DNA of 64,000 nucleotides from an uncultured Acidobacteriota bacterium (GTDB lineage: Bacteria; Acidobacteriota; Thermoanaerobaculia; UBA5066; Gp7-AA6): positions 193,032-257,031 of the forward strand of contig CAVQCH010000003.1 in assembly GCA_963710945.1 (NCBI GenBank). Reading direction: 5' to 3'. The position numbers and the translations under genes are program-made. Each line of letters opens with the position of its first letter. The first letter of the stretch is position 1. The notes under the pieces were generated by a model. That model had not been told where the DNA came from. It did not search any database and saw only the letters and a program-made list of their open reading frames with translations. This document shows positions 38,137 to 47,526 of this stretch, piece by piece.

Positions 38137-39083
38137 GCGATCTCCCCTTTCGCCGCCGGCCCTTCGGTCACGAGGCCGACGAACACGTCCTCGAGGCTCG
38201 AGCGCACGGGAGAGAGCTCCTGCAGCTTCGCGCCGCCCGACCGCAGCCGGTCGACGAGGGCGTTCAAGTGATCCACGTCCCGGGCGGTCAGGTCGAAGTG
38301 GCCGTTGACGCGCTCGATCGCCGCGCCGGTCTCGCGGAAGGCGGCCAGAAGCCGGTCGTCCACGCCGCTCGCCACGAGGCGGTAGCGCGAGCCCGAGGAC
38401 GTCAGGTCGTCGATCCGCCCCTGCGCCACCACGCGGCCGGCGCGCAGGACCGCGACCCGGCCGCACAGGCGCTCGATCTCGGAGAGCAGGTGCGAGTTCA
38501 GGAGGATCGCCTTGCCCCGGGCGGCCTCCTCCTGGAGCAGATCGCGGATCTCGCGGCGGCCGACGGGATCCACGCCGTCGGTCGGCTCGTCGAGGAGGAG
38601 GACGTCGGGGTCGTGGACGAGCGCGGCCGCAAGGCCGAGCCGCTGCGTCATGCCCTTGGAGAACTTCTTCACCCGGACGTCGCTCCAGTCCGAGAGGCGC
38701 ACGCGCTCGAGCAGCTCCGGGGCGCGCCGGCGCAGGACGGAGGCGTCGACGCCGGACATCTGGCCGAAGATCGCGAGCGTCTGCCGGGCGGTCAGGTACC
38801 CCGGAAAGCGATGCCCTTCCGGGAGATAGCCGACGCGGCGGCGGCTGTCGGGGTCGCCCACCGGCAGGCCGAAGAGCCGCGCCGAGCCGCCGGAAGCCCG
38901 GGTCAGCCCGAGCAGGATCTTGACGGTCGTGGTCTTTCCGGCGCCGTTCGGCCCCAGCAGGCCGAAAACCTCGCCGGGCTCGACGCGGAGGTCCACGCCG
39001 TCCAGGGCGGTGACCGTCCGGCCCCGGAACCGGGACCGGTAGACCTTGCGCAGGCCTTGCGCCTCGATGGGTATGGCGGCCAT
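38133..39083 (-). CDS. ABC transporter ATP-binding protein
   Basis: 316 aa. Walker A is GPNGAGKTT, the signature is FSKGMTQR and Walker B is LLLDEP. Confidence 0.9.
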   Translation of the reverse strand: MAAIPIEAQGLRKVYRSRFRGRTVTALDGVDLRVEPGEVFGLLGPNGAGKTTTVKILLGLTRASGGSARLFGLPVGDPDSRRRVGYLPEGHRFPGYLTARQTLAIFGQMSGVDASVLRRRAPELLERVRLSDWSDVRVKKFSKGMTQRLGLAAALVHDPDVLLLDEPTDGVDPVGRREIRDLLQEEAARGKAILLNSHLLSEIERLCGRVAVLRAGRVVAQGRIDDLTSSGSRYRLVASGVDDRLLAAFRETGAAIERVNGHFDLTARDVDHLNALVDRLRSGGAKLQELSPVRSSLEDVFVGLVTEGPAAKGEIA

Positions 39084-39146
39084 CGCTAATGCAAACGAAG
39101 GCCGGGGCGGAAAGTTCGGGACCGGGACCGGAGTGAGCCGGGAGGG

Positions 39147-39794
39147 CTACCAGCCCAGGGAGACGACGCAGAGGCCGACCGCGGCGATGACGGCCCCCGC
39201 GGCCGCGTCCGCCCACCGCTCGAGCCAGGCCGAGCGCAGCGCCCGCGCCCCCGCCCGGGCCGGCAGGACGAGCAGCACCATCGTTCCGATCGTCGCGATC
39301 TCGTAGAGGACCACGACGCCGGTCGCGCTGCGGGCGCCGAGCGGCGCCGCGGCGAAGAGCAGCGGCACCACGGCCACGCACGGATCGGCCGAGAAGAGAA
39401 GGAACAGGCCCCACACGGTGGCGCGCGCCGGCTCGTGCACGTGGTCGTAGTGCGCGTGCACGTGGCCGTGCACGCGTTTTCCGAGGGCGCGGCGCAGGCC
39501 CCACACGGAATAGGCCAGGCCGAAGGCCACGAGCAGGAAGCCCGCGGCGGTTTCCATCCGGCGCCCGAAAGCTTCGACCATGCCCAGCCCGAAGAGCAGG
39601 CCGAGGACCCCGAGAAGCGCGGACACCGTGACGTGCCCGAATCCACAGAGGACCGTGACGGCGGCCGTCCGGCCGGTGGACCAGCGCTGGGCGCGCGCCA
39701 GAGCCGCGAACGGCACCCAGTGGTCGGGCGCCAGGGTGTGGGTCGCGCCCACGGTCACGGCGGCGGCGGCGAGCGCGGCGAAGAGCGGGGGCAT
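39147..39794 (-). CDS. Putative Ni2+/Co2+ transporter (UreH-like; HX4DH motif, His-rich loop)
   Basis: The start is MPPLFAALAAAAV. THTLAPDHW gives H-x4-D-H in TM1 and the loop reads KRVHGHVHAHYDHVHE. It is polytopic and lies downstream of the hyp genes on the same strand. Confidence 0.5.
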   Translation of the reverse strand: MPPLFAALAAAAVTVGATHTLAPDHWVPFAALARAQRWSTGRTAAVTVLCGFGHVTVSALLGVLGLLFGLGMVEAFGRRMETAAGFLLVAFGLAYSVWGLRRALGKRVHGHVHAHYDHVHEPARATVWGLFLLFSADPCVAVVPLLFAAAPLGARSATGVVVLYEIATIGTMVLLVLPARAGARALRSAWLERWADAAAGAVIAAVGLCVVSLGW

Positions 39795-39796
39795 CG

Positions 39797-40630
39797 TCAG
39801 CGGCCTCCGCCGAACCGCGCGGGACGCCGTTCGAAGAAGCTCGCGAGGCCTTCGGCGAAGTCGGCGCCGTCCGCCACGCGCGCCAGCGCCTCCACCTCGC
39901 GGTCGAGATGGAAATCGAGGCGGTCGACGCCCGCGGCCTGCTGGACGAGCCCCTTGGCGATCCCGAGCGCTTCGGCCGGCCCGGCGGCCAGCCGGCAGGC
40001 GAGCTCGACGACGTCCGCCTCGAAGGTCTCCTGGGGGAAGACGCCGTTGATGAGGTTCATGCCGAGGGCCTGCTCGGCGGTGAGCCGCGGATTGAGGAGC
40101 ACGAGCTCCATGGCCCGCCGCAGCCCGACCAGCCGCGGAAGAAAGAACGTCGAGCTCTCGGCTCCGGTCAGGCCCGTCTTGCCGTACGCCCACTCGAAGG
40201 ACGCGCGCGGCGACGCGAAGACGAGGTCGCACGCCATGGCGAGCCCGAAGCCGCCGGCGGCCGCCATGCCGTCGACCGCGGCGATGAACGGCTTCGGCGC
40301 CCGCTTGATCTCGGAGATCGTGCAGTGGATGTACTCGAGGATCTGCTTGAAGACCTCGCCGAATCCGGCGGGCGTCTCGCGGCCCTCCTGCAGGTACCCG
40401 AGGTCGGCCGGGTCGCCGCCCGCCCGGATGTACTTCAGGTCCGCGCCGCTGCAGAAGACGCCCCCTTCTCCGCGCAGGACGACGGCGCGGACCTCCGGGT
40501 CGCGCGCGAGCTGGAGCCCCGCCTGGCGGAAGTCCCGCGCCGTCTCGACGTCGAGCGAGTTGAACCGCTCGCGCCGGTCGATCGTCAGGATCCCGACGGC
40601 GCCGTCTCGCTCGACGCGGATGTTCTCCAC
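39797..40630 (-). CDS. Enoyl-CoA hydratase/isomerase (crotonase) family protein
   Basis: Intact 277 aa. Family stretches are FCSGADL and the oxyanion-hole region AAVDGMAAAGGFGLA. Confidence 0.85.
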   Translation of the reverse strand: MENIRVERDGAVGILTIDRRERFNSLDVETARDFRQAGLQLARDPEVRAVVLRGEGGVFCSGADLKYIRAGGDPADLGYLQEGRETPAGFGEVFKQILEYIHCTISEIKRAPKPFIAAVDGMAAAGGFGLAMACDLVFASPRASFEWAYGKTGLTGAESSTFFLPRLVGLRRAMELVLLNPRLTAEQALGMNLINGVFPQETFEADVVELACRLAAGPAEALGIAKGLVQQAAGVDRLDFHLDREVEALARVADGADFAEGLASFFERRPARFGGGR

Positions 40631-40640
40631 CGGCGGCGCC

Positions 40641-41684
40641 TCAGCAGATCCGCGGAAGCAGCTCGCCCTCGGGCTCGGCGAGCAGCCGCCGCCCGAGGCC
40701 GGTGTCGAGGATGACGCTGCCCGGGCGCTCGGCGACGCAGGTGCCGACGATGGCGGCGTCCCGGCCGAGCGGGTGGGCGCGCAGCGCGTCGAGCACGGCT
40801 CCGGCCGCGTCCGGGGCGCACGCCGATCACGGCCTTGCCCTCGTTGGCCACGTGCGAGCGGGTCGATGCCGAGCAGCTCCGCGGCCGCGCGGACCGCGTC
40901 GCGGACCGGAACGCCGCCTCGTCGAGGAGGATGCCGACCCCGCTCTTCTCGGCCATCTCGTGCAGCGCGGACGAGAGCCCGCCGCGCGTCGGGTCCTTCA
41001 TCGCCACGACGTCGTCGCCGCCCGCGGCGAGCGCCGCCCGCACCAGCCCGTTGATCGGCGCGACGTCGGAGCGCAGGTCGCCCTGCGAGCTCCAGATCGT
41101 GGCGCTCGGCGATGATCGCCAGGCCGTGGTCGCCGACCGTGCCGGTGACGAGGATGCGGTCGCCGGGCCGAGAGGCCGCAGTCGCGCACGAGCCGGCGCG
41201 TCAGGGCGACGCCGGTCGTGTTGAGGACGATGCCGTCGATCTCGCCGCGCCCCATCACCTTGGTGTCGCCGGTGACGATGCGGGCGTCCGGCCTCGCGGC
41301 AGGCCTGCGCCATCGAGGCCTGGATGCGCTCGAGGTCGGCCCGCGGGAAGCCCTCCTCGAGGATCACGGCGCAGGTCAGCGCCGAGGACCTCGGTCGCGC
41401 CCATCATCGCGAGGTCGTTGACGGTGCCCGCAGACGGCGAGCCGGCCGATGTCGCCGCCGGGAAAGAAGATGGGGTGGACGACGTGCGAGTCGGTGGTGA
41501 TCACGAGCCACCGATCGCCGACCCGGAGGGCCGCGCCGTCGTCCATCGCCGCGAGGCCGACGTCGCGCCGGCGAGGCTCCGGCGCGTCGCGGAGGAACAC
41601 GTCCTCGATCAGCGCGCGCATGGCGCGCCCGCCGGCGCCGTGCTTGAGGGTGATGCGCTCCTCCGAGACCAGCAGCTCCCGCAT
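40641..41684 (-). pseudogene. hypE: Hydrogenase maturation protein HypE (carbamoyl dehydratase), multiple frame disruptions
   Basis: The N-terminus is MRELLVSEERITLKHGAGGRAM..FFPGGDIGRLAVCG. Middle pieces are ILEEGFPRADLERI, DLRSDVAPINGLV and MKDPTRGGLSSALHEMA. The C-terminus is ..GELLPRIC*. The pieces are spread over all three frames. Confidence 0.85.
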
Positions 41685-42883
41685 CACGACGCCCTCAGGT
41701 CCGGGTGGCCGCCGTACTGGTGCCAGATCTTGCAGGCGCCCTCCGAGCGAGACCATGCACGCGCCGACCGGCGCGTCGGGCACGCACTCCTTGCCGAAGA
41801 GCGTGCAGTCGGACGGCGAGGCGAGGCCCGACATGATGTCGCCGCAGATGCAGTCGGCCGACGAGCGCCGCCGGCGCGTCGTCCCAGAGGGCGGCGAGGT
41901 CGATCCGGAAGCGCCGCCGCGCGTCGAGGTGGGCCCACTCGTCGCGCAGCCGGAGGTTGCCGTTCGGGACGTGCGCGATGCCGCGCCAGCGCCCGCCGGC
42001 CGGCCGGAAGACCCTCCAGAGCTCTTCCTGCGCGCGCCGGTTGCCCTCCCGCGTGACGCAGCGCGGGAACATGTTCGACCACGGCCGGGCGCCCGTCCCG
42101 GACGAGCTCGACCAGCCGGACCAGGCCGGCCAGGATGTCGAGCGGCTCGAAGCCGGCGACCACCACCGGGATCCGGTGGCGCGCGACGAACGGCTCGAAG
42201 ATGCCCCAGCCGGTGATGGTGGCGGCGTGGCCCGGCGGCGAGGAAGCCCTCGACGCGGGTCTCCGGCATCTCCGCCACGATCTCCATGACGGGCGGGATG
42301 TACTTGTGCGCCGAGAGGATGGAGAAGTTCTCCGGGCGGGTTCGCGCGGACGACCGCCGCCGTCGCGACCGCGGTGGTCTCGAAGCCGGTCGCGAAGAAG
42401 ACGACCTCGTCGGTCGGTCGACCGGGCCAGCTCCACCGCCTGGCGTCACGCTGTAGACGACCTCGACCTTCGCCGCCCTCGGCCTGGGCGTCGGCGAGCG
42501 ACATCGACGTGCCGCGGCACCCGCAGCATGTCGCCGTAGGTCGCGACGACGTGCGCCCTGCCGCGCCAGCGCGACGCCTCGTCCACCTCGGGCATGTCGG
42601 TGATGCAGACCGGGCAGCCCGGGCCCATGATCACGTTGAGGTCCTCCGGGAAGGTCGCCCGCAGCCCGAACTTGGCGATCGCCTGCTCGTGGCTGCCGCA
42701 GACGTGCATGACCGAGACGGGCGACCGCCCGATCTCCTTCGTGACCGCGCGCGAGCGCCTCGACCAGCGCCGCGCCCGCGCCGGGTCGCGGAACTTGAGC
42801 TGCCGGACGGCGTCTGCCACGTCGGCGTTCTCGATCACTGGCCGGCCCGCCGCCGCGATCTCGCCGCGCACGTCGGCGGCCAT
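41684..42883 (-). pseudogene. hypD: Hydrogenase maturation protein HypD, multiple frame disruptions (5' boundary uncertain: ATG 42883 or GTG 42838)
   Basis: Recognisable pieces are ..LKFRDP.., VMHVCGSHEQAI, MGPGCPVCIT, TYGDMLRVP, ENFSILSAHKYIPPVMEIV, VAGFEPLDILAGLV, CICGDIM and PVGACMVSSEGACKIW. The stop overlaps the hypE start (TGATG). Confidence 0.85.
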
Positions 42884-43119
42884 CAGGTCGTCCTTCGCGG
42901 CCTCGGCGAGCAGGGTCTCGTAGAGCGCCAGCGTCTCGCCGATCTCTTCCGGCGGGATGCGGCGGATGGCGAAGCCGACGTGGTTCAGGACGTAGTCGCC
43001 CGGGCGCGACCGGCTCGTCGACGATGTCGAGGCAGACCTCGCGCCGCACGCCCCAGAAGTCGACGTCGGCGATGCTGCCGTCGAACCGCCACGACTCTCC
43101 CCGGAACTCCCAGGCACAT
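42883..43119 (-). pseudogene. hypC: Hydrogenase maturation chaperone HypC, at least two 1-nt insertions
   Basis: ggaagg SD followed by ATG. The protein reads MCLGVPGRVVA|FDGSIADVDFWGVRREVCLDIVDEPVAPG|DYVLNHVGFAIRRI.. after skipping g43086 and c42998. A third indel is needed to reach TGA 42883-42885 (or 42835-42837). Confidence 0.8.
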
Positions 43120-45410
43120 CAGCGACCTCCTTCCCGGGCGACCGCCGCCGCGACCACCGCCTGGCCGAGCGCGAGGCCGCCGTCGCCCGGCGGCACGCGG
43201 CGGTGCACGAAAACCGGCGCGCGACGGGTCGACCCGCTCGATCACGCGCTCGGCAGAGCAGGGCGTTCTGGAAGCAGCCGCCCGTCAGCACGACCGGCAG
43301 GTCGCCCGCCCGCGCGCGGGCCTCCGCGATCTGGCGGCGCCGTCGCGGCCGCGAGCGCGTTGTGGAACCGGCGCCGAGACCGCCGGGGCGCCGCGTCCGT
43401 CGAGCAGGTCGGCGACCGCGGCGCGCAGAGCCGGCCGCAGGTCGATCTCGGGCTGCGGACCCGAGCGGTCGACCGCGAATTCGTAGCCCCCCGCTCGGCG
43501 GGGTCCGCGACGAGGTTCCACTCGAGCGCGACCTGGCCCTCGTAGCGGGCGGCGGGCCGCCCGAGCCGAGCGCGCCGACCGCGTCGAAGCAGCGGCCGAC
43601 GCCGCGCGCGCGCGGCGCGTGGACGCGCTCGCGGAGCATGCGCCGCACGAACTCGACCTGCGTCCGGGTCGACCCGCGAAAAGAGGCCAGCCTGCCGAGC
43701 GGCGGCGCTCCGTCGAAGGCGTCGTCGAGCGCCGCCAGCGCGATGCGCCAGAGCTGCGCGGATCGCCAGGTCGCCGCCCGGCCAGCGCGATCGGCCGGAA
43801 CGTCGCCAGCCGCTCGAAGCCCGCGAACCGGGCGAGGAGGAGCTCGCCGCCCCAGGCGGTTCCGTCGGTCCCGTAGCCCGTGCCGTCGTAGGCGACGCCG
43901 AGGACCGGGCCGTCGAGGCCGTGCTCGGCCATGCGCGCTCGCGACGTGGGCGTGGTGGTGCTGCACCGCGACCCGCCGGCCCGGGCGCCCGAGCGCGTAG
44001 CGGGTCGAGAGGTAGCCCGGGTGCAGGTCGTGGGCGACGAGCTCGGGGCGCACCTCGAGGAACCGCTCGAGCCGCTCCACGGCGGACCTCGAACGCGGCG
44101 ACGCTCTCGAGGGTCTCGAGGTCGCCGATGTGCGGCCCGAGGTACGCGGCGCCGCCGATCCCGACGCAGAAGGTGTTCTTGAGGTGCGCCGCCGCAGGCC
44201 AGCACCGGCGCGGCGAAGGCCGGCGCCACGTCGAACGGCCGGGGCACGAACCCGCGCGAGCGCCGAAGGACGCACGGGACCGCCCGCGATCACCCGCACG
44301 ACCGAGTCGTCGCAGCGCGATCGATCTCCCGGTCGTGGACGAGGAAGAGGTCGGCGACGTCCCGGAGCTGCTCGAGCGCCTCGGCGTTCGTCGTCGCGAT
44401 CGGCTCGTCCGAGAGGTTGCCGGAGGTCATGACCAGCGGCCGGCCGGCGTCGGCGAGCAGCAGGTGGTGCAGCGGCGTGTAGGGGAGCAGGAGCCCGATC
44501 GAGCGGGTTGCCGGGCGCGACCTCCGGCGCGAGCGCCGCGCCGGGGCGCCGGCGCGCGAGCACGATCGGCCGCTCCGGCGACGCGCAGCAGCTCGCGCTC
44601 GCCGGCCCGAGCTCGGCCAGCGCCTCGGCCGCCGCGAGCTCCGCCACCATGACGGCGAGCGGCTTTTCCTCGCGGCGCTTGCGGCGGCGCAGGCGCCCGA
44701 CCGCCTCGCGCCGACGTCGCGTCGCAGGCGAGGTGAAAGCCGCCGAGGCCCTTGACCGCGACGATCATCCCGGCCGCCAGCGCGCGGGCGGCGGCGCGGA
44801 TCGGATCCGTCCGTCGAGACGCTCGCCCGTCGGCGCGACGGCCGTCAGGACCGGGCCGCACGCCGGGCAGGCGTTGGGCTGAGCGTGGAAGCGGCGGTCG
44901 AGCGGGTCGTCGTACTCGCGCCGGCAGTCCGCGCACATCCGGAAGCGCGCCATGGTCGTCGCCGGCGCGGTCGTAGGGCACGCGCGAGGCGATGGTGAAG
45001 CGCGGGCCGCAGTTGGTGCAGTTGGTGAACGGGTAGCGGTAGCGCCGGTCGCCGGGATCGAGGACCTCGCGGAGGCAGTCGTCGCAGGTCGCCAGGTCCG
45101 GCGGAATCGAGACCTCGAGGCCGGCGGCCGGCCGACTGGCCACGATGACGAACTCCCGCGACGGCTCCGAGGGAATGGCGCGGCACTCCAGCTCGCGGAT
45201 GCGCGCGGCGGGAGGAGGCGACGCGCGGATGCCCTGCAGGAACTCCGCGAGAGCCTCGTCCGAGCCGAAGGCCTCGATCGTGACGCCCCGCGAGTCGTTC
45301 GATACGCGGCCGCCGATTCCATTTTCCCGCGCGAGCCGGTAAATCCAGGGCCGGAACCCAACGCCCTGGACGGTTCCGCGAATCTCGATCCGGCGGCCAG
45401 CCTGGCTCAC
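43119..45410 (-). pseudogene. hypF: [NiFe]-hydrogenase maturation carbamoyltransferase HypF, many frame disruptions
   Basis: The acylphosphatase domain is [15 protein letters not shown]. Zn-finger pieces are [30 protein letters not shown] and [29 protein letters not shown]. The YrdC-like piece is [15 protein letters not shown]. The C-terminus is VPPGDGGLALGQAVVA..*. Fragments appear in track ORFs 44427-45410, 44765-45361, 43285-44247 and 42446-44650. Confidence 0.88.
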
Positions 45411-45477
45411 GGTGAGTTGATGCTACGTGCCGCCCGGGAGACCGACCTGATGCGTTTGCACCAGCCTCGGCGGGCCC

Positions 45478-45916
45478 CTACCCCAGGATCACGCGGTCTC
45501 CGGAGACGACGGCGGGAAAAGGACGCAGGGGCAGCGGCGGCGGGCCGGCGATGACGTTGCCGGCGCCGTCGTATCGCCCGTCGTGGCAGGGGCAGACGTA
45601 CGCGCCCTCCGGCTCCTTCCACCGGACGGCGCATCCCATGTGCGTGCACCGCAGCAGCCGGGCCGTGACGCCGTCCGCCGACCTCACCACCTCGACCGGG
45701 TTGCCGGCCACGACGACGACGGTGCGAACGCCCGGGCGAAGGCCGTCGAGCGGGAGGGCGACCTGGCCCGGCTGGAGCGGCTCCTCGGCGGGGCGGCGGC
45801 CGCATCGCGGGGAGGCGACGCCGAGCGCGATCAACGCTCGCGAGCGCGCCGAGCGCCTCGCGCCGATCGAGCGTGGCCGGGCCCGCCGCCGGGCCCGGGC
45901 CGTTCAGACGGCGCAC
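45478..45916 (-). CDS. Tat-signal Rieske [2Fe-2S] domain protein embedded in the hyp cluster; one 1-nt insertion
   Basis: The Rieske motif is CTHMGC..(15)..CPCHDGRY. The upstream frame gives V..ATLDRREALGALAS|LIALGVAS, a twin-Arg signal plus h-region, if g45835 is skipped. GTG 45916 overlaps the hypB 3' end. Length is 439 nt = 3n+1. Confidence 0.75.
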
Positions 45917-46593
45917 GCCGCGCCTCGAGCCGCCCGCTTTCGCGAGAGCTCGTCGAGGAGCAGCGAGAACCACGCCTCCGTCCCCTCTCCGGTGCGCGCG
46001 GAAAGGACCAGCACCCGGGCCGACGGATTCAGGGCGGCGACCTGGCCGACGACCGCGTCGAGGTCGAAGTCCACGTGGGCGAGCAGGTCCGCCTTGGTCA
46101 CGAGCGTCACGGCGGCGCGCGAGAAGATCGCCGGGTACTTGAAGGGCTTGTCGTCTCCTTCGGCCACCGACAGCAGAACGACCTTGAAGTCCTCGCCGAG
46201 GTCGTACGAGGTCGGACAGATCAGGTTCCCGACGTTCTCGACGAAGAGAACGTCCAGGCCGGCCAGGCGCGGACCTTCCTCGGCCAGCGCCGTCTCCACC
46301 TGACGCGCGTCGAGGTGGCAGGCGCCGCCGGTGAGGATCTGCCGCGCCGGGATTCCGGCCCGGCGCAGGCGTTCGGCGTCGCGGTCCGTCGCGATGTCTC
46401 CGTCGAGGCCCCCCAGCCGCAGGCGCTCCTTGAGGGCGCGCGCGGTCGTCTCGAGCAGCGTGGTCTTCCCGGAGCCGGGCGAGGAGATCAGGTTGACGAC
46501 GAGCGTCCCGGACTCGCGAAAGCCGGCGCGCAGGCCCGCGCCGCGGCCGGCGTTGGCGGCCAGGATCTTCTGGCGGACGTCGACTTCGGTCAT
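45904..46593 (-). CDS. hypB: Hydrogenase nickel-incorporation GTPase HypB
   Basis: Intact 229 aa. The P-loop is SSPGSGKTT, followed by FVENVGNLICP and LVTKADL. There is no His-rich N-terminus. Confidence 0.92.
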   Translation of the reverse strand: MTEVDVRQKILAANAGRGAGLRAGFRESGTLVVNLISSPGSGKTTLLETTARALKERLRLGGLDGDIATDRDAERLRRAGIPARQILTGGACHLDARQVETALAEEGPRLAGLDVLFVENVGNLICPTSYDLGEDFKVVLLSVAEGDDKPFKYPAIFSRAAVTLVTKADLLAHVDFDLDAVVGQVAALNPSARVLVLSARTGEGTEAWFSLLLDELSRKRAARGAACAV

Positions 46594-46969
46594 CGGCGCG
46601 CTCTCCCGGCCGCAAGGGCGACCTCGGTGAACGCGACGCGCAGCACGTCGAGCTCGTCGCCGCCGGTCGACCGCGAGCGGCTCGCCGCACCGCGGGCAGA
46701 GCCGCAGCCAGGACCCCGGGGCGCGCTCGGCGACGTCTCCGCAGGACGCGCACGACTGGCGCGCCGGATGCCACTGCGACGTCGAGCACCGCGCCGGCGT
46801 CCGGCGTCCCCTCCACGACGGCCCGCCACGCGAACTCGAGCAGCCGCGGCTCGACGGCCGCGAGGTCGCCCACGGCGACGGTCACCGTCTCCAGAGCCCC
46901 GCCGCAGCGCTCGTCGGCGGCCCGCCGCGCGATGCGGTGGATTTCCTCGGCGAGCCCGAGCTCATGCAT
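46590..46969 (-). pseudogene. hypA: Hydrogenase nickel-insertion protein HypA, two or more frame disruptions
   Basis: The N-terminus is MHELGLAEEIHRIARRAA... The C-terminal piece ..TGGDELDVLRVAFTEV.. is in another frame. The stop overlaps the hypB ATG (ATGA). Length is 380 nt = 3n+2. Confidence 0.8.
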
Positions 46970-47526
46970 GGGAGTCCGGGGCGACCCGCGCGTCCACGGT
47001 GCTCTCCCACCACGGCGAGGCCGCCGTCGCGGCCGGGCGCCGGCGGCGCGTGGAGGCTCATCTCGCCGAGCAGCCGAAGGACCTCGAGAGCGGCCGGGGC
47101 CACCGCCGCGCGGACCGGAGGCGTCAGGCTCACGCCCTTGGCCACGGTCTGCGGGACGACACCGACGAGAACGACGCAGCGGGGCGCCGCGTCGGCGAAG
47201 CCGAGGAGAAAGAGCGCCTCGGTGACGCCGGGATCATGGGGCGACACGCGCGGCAGGGGCGCCCGCGAGAGCAGCTCGGGCCCCGAGTAGACGCGCAGCG
47301 TGCCGGGCGGGGCGTCGGCCTGTACCGTGTCCACCAGGATGACGGCGTCGGCGTCGGCGAGGTACGGCGTGAGGTCGAGGCCCGGCGTCCCGATGTCGAC
47401 CACCGAGACCCCTTCCGGGAACTCCCACCGGGCCTTCAGCTCCTCGACCACCCAGGGGCCGAGCGCGTCGTCCCCCATCAACACGTTGCCGAGGCCGAGG
47501 ACCCGGACTCTGCCCAGGTCTTCCAT
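46882..47526 (-). CDS. hybD: Hydrogenase maturation endopeptidase (HybD/HyaD family); 3' end probably read-through
   Basis: It reads MEDLGRVRVLGLGNVLMGDDALGPWV..VVDIGTPGLDL..ILVDTV. The last ~80 nt overlap hypA and look like out-of-frame junk. A TGA at 46962-46964 in the +1 frame is the likelier true stop. Confidence 0.8.
   Translation of the reverse strand: MEDLGRVRVLGLGNVLMGDDALGPWVVEELKARWEFPEGVSVVDIGTPGLDLTPYLADADAVILVDTVQADAPPGTLRVYSGPELLSRAPLPRVSPHDPGVTEALFLLGFADAAPRCVVLVGVVPQTVAKGVSLTPPVRAAVAPAALEVLRLLGEMSLHAPPAPGRDGGLAVVGEHRGRAGRPGLPCMSSGSPRKSTASRGGPPTSAAAGLWRR

Noticed and set aside
42835-42890. Apparent in-frame HypC-HypD fusion (no stop between ..LLAEAAKDDL and MAADVRG..)
   Set aside because: Both candidate hypC stops (TGA 42883-42885 and 42835-42837) lie in the original hypC frame. 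The apparent continuity results from an odd number of upstream insertions. The TGATG junction matches the hypF/hypC and hypD/hypE junctions.
46882-46965. 88-nt overlap of the hydrogenase endopeptidase ORF with hypA
   Set aside because: The overlapping tail (..GRPGLPCMSSGSPRKSTASRGG..) is compositionally junk. A TGA in the adjacent frame at 46962-46964 suggests read-through caused by an indel.
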